DNA of 64,000 nucleotides, taken from assembly GCA_963839265.1 (NCBI GenBank), contig CAWIUI010000008.1, forward strand, positions 97,235 to 161,234. Reading direction: 5' to 3'. Each line of letters opens with the position of its first letter. Position 1 is the stretch's first letter. Shown piece by piece: positions 58,492 through 64,000 of this stretch. Position numbers and translations under genes: made by a program. This DNA is from an uncultured beta proteobacterium. GTDB taxonomy: Bacteria; Pseudomonadota; Gammaproteobacteria; Burkholderiales; Usitatibacteraceae. A model generated the notes under the pieces. It was not told the DNA's origin, searched no databases, and saw only the letters and a list, made by a program, of their open reading frames with translations.

Positions 58492-59715
58492 CTAGACGAC
58501 GCGCTCGTCGCGCAGCCGTTCGATGGCGCCCGCGTCCAGGCCCAGCACCGAGCGCAGCACCTCCTCGGTGTGCTGGCCGAGCGTGGGCGGCGCGGTCTCG
58601 TAGGTGATGGGGGAGGCGGAAAGCTTCATCGGGTTGGCGACCATGCGCACCTCGCCCGCGGCCGGGTGCGCGGCGCGCACCTCCATGCCCCGGTGGCGCA
58701 CCTGCGGGTCCGCGAAGACCTGCGCGAGGTCGTTGATCGGGCCGCACGGAACGCCCGCGGGTTCGAGGAGAGCCAGCCACTCGCGCGCCGTGCGCTGCGC
58801 GAGCCGCCCGGAGACGAGGCCCACGAGGAGGTCGCGATGGCGCACGCGCGCCGGGTTCGTGGCGAAGCGCGGGTCCTTGGGCCATCCCGGCTCGCCGATC
58901 ACCGAGCAGAAGCTCGCGAACTGCGTGTCGTTGCCCACCGCGACGATCAGGAACTCGTCGGCGGCGCGGAACACGTGGTACGGAACGATGTTCTGGTGCG
59001 CGTTGCCCATCCGCTTGGGCGCGATGCCGGAGACGAAGTAGCTCGAGCTCAGGTTCGCGAGCATCGCCACCTGCACGTCGAGGAGCGCCATGTCGATGCG
59101 CTCGCCGCGCCCGGTCTTCGCGCGCTCCAGGAGCGAAGCGAGGATCGCGGTCGTCGCGTACATGCCGGTCATGAGGTCCGAGACCGCGACGCCCACCTTC
59201 TGCGGGCCGCCGCCGGCGAGCTCGTCGCGTTCGCCCGTGACGCTCATGAGGCCGCCCAGCCCCTGGATCATGAAGTCGTAGCCCGGCCGGTCGCGATACG
59301 GACCGTCCTGGCCGAACCCGGTGATCGAGCAGTACACCAGCCGCGGGTTCTCGCGCGCGAGGCTCTCGTAGTCGAGGCCGTGGCGCGCGAGGTCGCCCAC
59401 CTTGAAGTTCTCGACCAGGACGTCGCTCGCGATCGCGAGGCGGCGCGCGATCGCCCGGCCCTCGGGCTTCGCGACGTCGAGCGTCACCGATTTCTTGCCG
59501 CGGTTGCAGGCCAGGTAGTAGGCCGCGTCGCCGGTCTCGCGCCCGGCGCGATCTGCGAGGAACGGCGGCCCCCAGCTGCGCGTGTCGTCGCCCTGGCCGG
59601 GCCGCTCGATCTTGATCACCTCGGCGCCGAGGTCGGCGAGGTTCTGCGTGGCCCACGGACCTGCGAGGACGCGGGTGAGGTCGAGGACGCGGATGCCTTG
59701 CAGGATGCGGGACAC
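58492..59715 (-). CDS. CaiB/BaiF family III CoA-transferase
   Basis: LDLTRVLAGP, GDDTR, NRGKKS, GYDFMIQG and D--TG motifs. Confidence 0.95.
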   Translation of the reverse strand: MSRILQGIRVLDLTRVLAGPWATQNLADLGAEVIKIERPGQGDDTRSWGPPFLADRAGRETGDAAYYLACNRGKKSVTLDVAKPEGRAIARRLAIASDVLVENFKVGDLARHGLDYESLARENPRLVYCSITGFGQDGPYRDRPGYDFMIQGLGGLMSVTGERDELAGGGPQKVGVAVSDLMTGMYATTAILASLLERAKTGRGERIDMALLDVQVAMLANLSSSYFVSGIAPKRMGNAHQNIVPYHVFRAADEFLIVAVGNDTQFASFCSVIGEPGWPKDPRFATNPARVRHRDLLVGLVSGRLAQRTAREWLALLEPAGVPCGPINDLAQVFADPQVRHRGMEVRAAHPAAGEVRMVANPMKLSASPITYETAPPTLGQHTEEVLRSVLGLDAGAIERLRDERVV

Positions 59716-59805
59716 GGGAAGCAGGGGGCGCGCGGGCGACGGTAAGTCGCCGATTATAGAGGTCGCGAAGCGAGATCGCCCCGCGATCCCTTAGAATGCG
59801 GGGCA

Positions 59806-61363
59806 ATGGCGACGAAAGTCTTCACGCACGAGCTCAAGGTCGGCATGTTCGTCGCGGACCTCGACCGGCCGTGGGTCGATACCCCGTTCCTGCTTCAGGG
59901 CTTCCTGATCGAAGACGGGGAGCAGATCGCCGCGCTGCGCGCGCATTGCGAGTACGTGATGATCGATCGCGCGCGATCGACGGGCGACGAGTACGAGGCG
60001 GCCTCGAGCGGTCCCATCGCGAGCACCGTCGGCGGCGCCGCTCCCGCGCGAGCCCAGGCCGCCGCCGCATCGCGCGCAGGCGAAGCCGCCGTCGTGCCGG
60101 AAGAGGAAACGAGCGCGGCCGGGGCGCGGCGCGCGGCGGCCGAAGCGGACGCGCCGCGCGTGATCCGCCTCGGCACGCCCGGCGGCCCCGCCATCGAGGA
60201 CGACCGGCCCGGCCATGCCGGCGGCGAGGAAGGCGGCGGAATCCTCGGCCGCGTGCTCTCGCTCTTCCGCGGCAAGTCGCGGCGCGAGGCGAAGCGGACC
60301 GCGCCCTCGCCGGCGCCGCCGCAGGCGCCCGTGCCCGAGACGCCCCAGGAGTTCGAGGCGCGCGCGGCGCTCGCGCCGCCGGGCGTGGCGATCACCACGT
60401 ACCTCGATGCCGTGAGCGTCGAGGCGGAGGTGCCTGCGCGCGCGCGAGGTCGTCGTGCGCTCGTCCGACCTGCTCCAGAAGCTCGTCTCCGACGTGCGCC
60501 TCGGCCAGAGCTTCGAGGTCGAGCGCGTGGAGGAGATCGTCGAGGACATGGTCGAGAGCATCGTGCGCAATCCCGACGCGCTGATGTGGATCGCGCGCCT
60601 GCGCGAGCAGGACATCAGCGCCTACGGGCACGGCCTGCAGGTCTCGGTCTACCTCACCGCCTTCGGGCGCCATCTCGGCTTCCCGAAATCGCACCTCGAG
60701 ATCCTCGCGCAGGTGGGACTGCTGCTCGACATCGGCAAGATCCGGCTGCCGAAGGAGCTGCTCGAGAAGCAGGGACGCCTCGAGCCCGAGGAGTTCGAGC
60801 AGGTGAAGGCGCACGTGCAGCACGGCCTCGACATCCTCACGCAGACGCCGAACTTCCATGCCGACGTGATCCAGGGGATCGCGCAGCATCACGAGCGCAT
60901 GAACGGCAGCGGCTATCCCAAGGGCCTCATGGGCGACGAGATCAGCGTCGTCGGCCGCATGGCGGGCATCGTCGACTGCTTCGCGGCGCTCACCAACCAC
61001 CGCCCCTACGCAGCGGCGGTCTCCTCCTACGAGGCGCTGCGCAACATCGCGAGCTGGGGCGGCGACTTCTTCCACGAGCCGCTCGTGCAGCAGTTCGTGT
61101 CCTCCGTGGGCGTCTTCCCCGTGGGCTCGCTGATCGAGCTGTCCACCGGCGAGGTCGCGGTCGTGGTCTCGCACAACAAGCTGCGCCGGCTCAAGCCGCG
61201 CGTGCTGGTGGTGACCGGCCCCGACAAGACCCCCGTCGCGCACCCGGCGATGGTGGACCTCCTCTACGATCCGAAGGTGGGCGGCGAAGAAGGCGTGTTC
61301 ATCAAGCGCGGGCTGCCCGCCGGGGCCTACGGCCTGGACCTGCGCGATTTCTACCTGAGCTGA
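59806..61363 (+). CDS. DUF3391 + HD-GYP protein, apparent frameshift near 60435
   Basis: ELKVGMFV--LDRPW--TPF--QGF; second frame carries HHERMNGSGYP; HD position reads LD. Confidence 0.85.
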
Positions 61364-61369
61364 CGCGCC

Positions 61370-62677
61370 TTGTCCGAGACGACTCCCCCGGTGCAGGTTC
61401 CCGACGACGCGGTCCCGCAGACGCGCGAGGGGCTGCTGAAGCTCCTCGACCGCGAGACCGCCGTCGCGCGCGCGACCGACGGGCGGCTCGCGGTGCTGAT
61501 CCTCGACCTGCGCCGCGTCGACCGCCTGCACGCGCTCCTGCGCGGACCGAGCCCGTCGATGACGATGGCGCTCGTCCTCGAGCGGCTGCGCAAGGCGCTG
61601 CGCCCCGAGGATCGGGTCGCGCCGATCAGCGACGAGCAGGCCTGCGTGGTGCTGCCGCGCCTCGCGCACCAGAGCCAGGCGGTGCTCGCGGCGGTGAAGC
61701 TCCTGCGCGCGCTCGACCGGCCCATCGCGCACGAAGGCGGAAGCGCGGTGCTGCGGCCCTGCGTGGGCATCGCGACGCTTCCCGAGCACGGCTACGATCC
61801 GGCCGAGCTGCTGATGGCCGCGGACATCTCGCGCCAGATCGCCGCGACGCGCGAGGAGGGCTACCACGTCTTCCAGGGCGACGAGGCGGTGGAGGCGGAG
61901 GTCTACCGCGGCCTCGACCTCGACCTCGAGCGCGCGATCCGCGCGAACGAGCTGGAGCTGCATTACCTGCCGCAGGTCGACCTCGCCTCCGGTCGCCCGA
62001 CCGGCGCCGAGGCCCTGCTGCGCTGGAAGCACGTGAAGGCGGGCGACGTCCCGCCGCAGACGATCGTGGGCATCGCGGAACGCACCGGCCTCATCGGCTC
62101 GCTCACGTTCTGGGTGCTCAACGCGGCGCTGCGCCAGGCGGCCGAATGGAAGGCGGCCGGGCGCACCATGCGGGTGGCGATCAACCTGTCCACCAGCACG
62201 CTCACCGACCGCGAGCTTCCGGCGGTCGTCGACCAGAGCCTCAAGACCTGGGGCATCGCGCCCGCGGATCTCGGGCTCGAGATCGCCGAGAGCTCGATGA
62301 TCTCGGATGCGGAGCGATCCGTCGCGATCCTCACGCGGCTCAAGGCGGTGGGAGTCGGCCTCGCCATCGACGATTTCGGCAGCGGCTTCTCCTCGCTTTC
62401 GCACCTGCGCCGCTTCCCGCTGGACGAGCTGAAGATCGACCGTCCCTTCGTCGCGGGCATGCTCACCGACGCCGGCGACCGCGCGCTGGTGCGCAGCGTG
62501 GTGGACCTCGGCCATCACTTCGGGCTGCGCGTCTGCGCCGAGGGAGTGGAACGCCGCGAGATCCGCGAGGCGCTCGCCGCCCTGGGCTGCGACCTCGCGC
62601 AGGGCAACGCGGTGTGCCCCGCCCTCCCCGCGGCCGCGTTCCGCGAGTGGTGGACCCTTCACGCCTCCGGGGCGTGA
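61370..62677 (+). CDS. Degenerate GGDEF + EAL protein (putative c-di-GMP phosphodiesterase)
   Basis: ISDEQ in place of GGDEF; EAL, DDFGSG, LKID and AEGVE motifs. Confidence 0.88.
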   Translation: MSETTPPVQVPDDAVPQTREGLLKLLDRETAVARATDGRLAVLILDLRRVDRLHALLRGPSPSMTMALVLERLRKALRPEDRVAPISDEQACVVLPRLAHQSQAVLAAVKLLRALDRPIAHEGGSAVLRPCVGIATLPEHGYDPAELLMAADISRQIAATREEGYHVFQGDEAVEAEVYRGLDLDLERAIRANELELHYLPQVDLASGRPTGAEALLRWKHVKAGDVPPQTIVGIAERTGLIGSLTFWVLNAALRQAAEWKAAGRTMRVAINLSTSTLTDRELPAVVDQSLKTWGIAPADLGLEIAESSMISDAERSVAILTRLKAVGVGLAIDDFGSGFSSLSHLRRFPLDELKIDRPFVAGMLTDAGDRALVRSVVDLGHHFGLRVCAEGVERREIREALAALGCDLAQGNAVCPALPAAAFREWWTLHASGA

Positions 62678-62702
62678 GGGAGTCGCGATTTCCCGCCTCG
62701 CC

Positions 62703-64000
62703 ATGAAGAACGGCTTCTACATCATCATGGCGGCGCAGTTCTTCTCGTCGCTCGCCGACAACGCGCTGCTCATCGCGGCGATCGCCATGTTGGGGCAGCT
62801 CCAGGGGCCCGCGTGGGCGACGCCGCTGCTCAAGTTCTTCTTCACCATCTCGTACGTCGTGCTCGCGTTCCTGGTGGGCGCGTTCGCCGATTCCATGCCC
62901 AAGGGTCGCGTGATGTTCCTCACCAACGCGATCAAGGTCGTGGGCTGCCTCCTCATCCTGTTCAACCAGTTCATGAGCGTCGGGCACCTGCCGGCGTACT
63001 GGCTCGTGCTCCTCGCCTATGCGGTGGTGGGACTCGGCGCGGCCGCCTATTCGCCCGCCAAGTACGGCATCCTCACCGAGCTCCTGCCCGCCGAGAAGCT
63101 GGTGATGGCCAACGGCTGGATCGAGGGCCTCACCGTCACCTCGATCCTGCTCGGCAACGTGCTGGGCGGCATGCTCATCGGCCCGCGCATCTCGCACATC
63201 CTGCTGTCGTTCGAAATGCCCCTGCTCGAGACCAGCATCGACACGCCACCCGAGGCGGCGGTCGTGGCGATCGCGTTCGTCTACGGCATCGCCGCGGCCC
63301 TCACGCTCGCGATCCCCGACACCGGCGCGCGCTACCCGCACCAGGAGCGCAATCCCGTCCGCCTGCTGGTGGATTTCTCGCGCTGCTTCGTGATGCTGTG
63401 GCGCGACAAGCTGGGCCAGATCTCGCTCGCCGTGACCACCCTCTTCTGGGGCGCGGGCGCGTGCCTGCAGTTCATCGTGATCCGCTGGGCCGAGCGCCAG
63501 CTCAAGCTCCCGCTCGAGGGCGGCGCGATGCTCTCCGGCGTCTCGGCGCTGGGCATCGCGATCGGGGCGGTGCTCGCCGCGCGGCTGGTGCCGCTCAAGA
63601 GGGCCGTCTCGGTGCTGCCGATGGGCATCGCGATGGGCATCGCCGTGATCAGCATGGTCTCGCTCAAGTGGATGCCGGCGGTGTATTTCGTCCTCGTGCT
63701 GATCGGGGCGTTCGCCGGCTATTTCCTGGTGCCGATGAACGCGCTCCTGCAGCATCGCGGCCACGTCCTCATGTCCGCGGGCCACTCGATCGCGGTGCAG
63801 AACTTCAACGAGAACGTGAGCATCCTCGTGATGCTCGCGATCTACTCGATGATGATCCGCTTCGACCTGCGCATCCACACGGTGGTCGTGATCTTCGGAC
63901 TCTTCATGGCCGGATCCATGTACCTCGTGATGCGCTGGAACGCCGCCAACCACCGCGCCGACCCGCACCTCGACCGCCTCATCGGCGAGGCCAAGCACTA
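62703..64000 (+). CDS. lplT: Lysophospholipid transporter LplT (stop codon runs off the window edge)
   Basis: FYIIMAAQFFSSLADNALLIAA, YSPAKYGILTE and IAVQNFNEN motifs. Confidence 0.9.
   Translation, partial: MKNGFYIIMAAQFFSSLADNALLIAAIAMLGQLQGPAWATPLLKFFFTISYVVLAFLVGAFADSMPKGRVMFLTNAIKVVGCLLILFNQFMSVGHLPAYWLVLLAYAVVGLGAAAYSPAKYGILTELLPAEKLVMANGWIEGLTVTSILLGNVLGGMLIGPRISHILLSFEMPLLETSIDTPPEAAVVAIAFVYGIAAALTLAIPDTGARYPHQERNPVRLLVDFSRCFVMLWRDKLGQISLAVTTLFWGAGACLQFIVIRWAERQLKLPLEGGAMLSGVSALGIAIGAVLAARLVPLKRAVSVLPMGIAMGIAVISMVSLKWMPAVYFVLVLIGAFAGYFLVPMNALLQHRGHVLMSAGHSIAVQNFNENVSILVMLAIYSMMIRFDLRIHTVVVIFGLFMAGSMYLVMRWNAANHRADPHLDRLIGEAKH

Noticed and set aside
48459-62706. Very long ORF-track entries (48459-51233, 52098-53795, 57758-59806, 59806-62706, 60392-62704) as fusion proteins
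   Set aside because: They are stop-poor alternative frames running into real genes; the true starts have RBSs or ATGA/GTGA coupling.
38656-64000. Genuine horizontal transfer of the proteobacterial block
   Set aside because: Genes are cut mid-frame on both sides, there are no mobility signatures, and the block carries housekeeping-type content; a chimera is the simpler explanation pending read evidence.
1-64000. tRNA, rRNA or tmRNA genes (including as the integration target)
   Set aside because: No cloverleaf or rRNA signature was recognised by eye; the att site lies in a protein-coding gene.

Overview
The window looks like two unrelated genomes joined at about 38,655. Left part (1 to ~38,655): high-GC actinobacterial DNA (Streptosporangiales-like, by inference). 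One DHA2-type MFS gene, divergent from an HxlR regulator, is split into four pieces across 22 kb by three independent insertions. These are an IS1634 carrying a nested IS5/ISL2-type IS, a second IS1634-like IS with a DUF6788 passenger, and a ~15.5 kb serine-integrase element (9308-24856) whose attB and attP can be rebuilt base by base. The element encodes a large serine integrase, a paralogous small serine recombinase, a helicase-only AAA Rep followed by a GTCCC iteron cluster, an RHH + GIY-YIG pair, duplicated small membrane genes, a pentapeptide protein and many orphan ORFs. I recognised no capsid, terminase, tail or conjugation genes, so it is a candidate phage-satellite-like element and the most interesting feature here. 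Further right are a DNA ligase, an M20 peptidase, a 2OG-Fe oxygenase, two XRE-DUF5753 regulators, glgC, PEPCK and a DUF397 gene broken by IS701. Right part (~38,656-64,000): betaproteobacterial-like DNA with 2-oxoacid:ferredoxin oxidoreductase genes. It also has a chemosensory cluster containing a Ser/Thr kinase-cNMP gene, an FHA gene, a CheZ-like gene and a tip-degenerate MCP, followed by a class II aldolase, a CoA-transferase, HD-GYP and GGDEF-EAL genes, and lplT. Several single-base frameshifts may be long-read errors. No rRNA, tRNA or CRISPR array was recognised.
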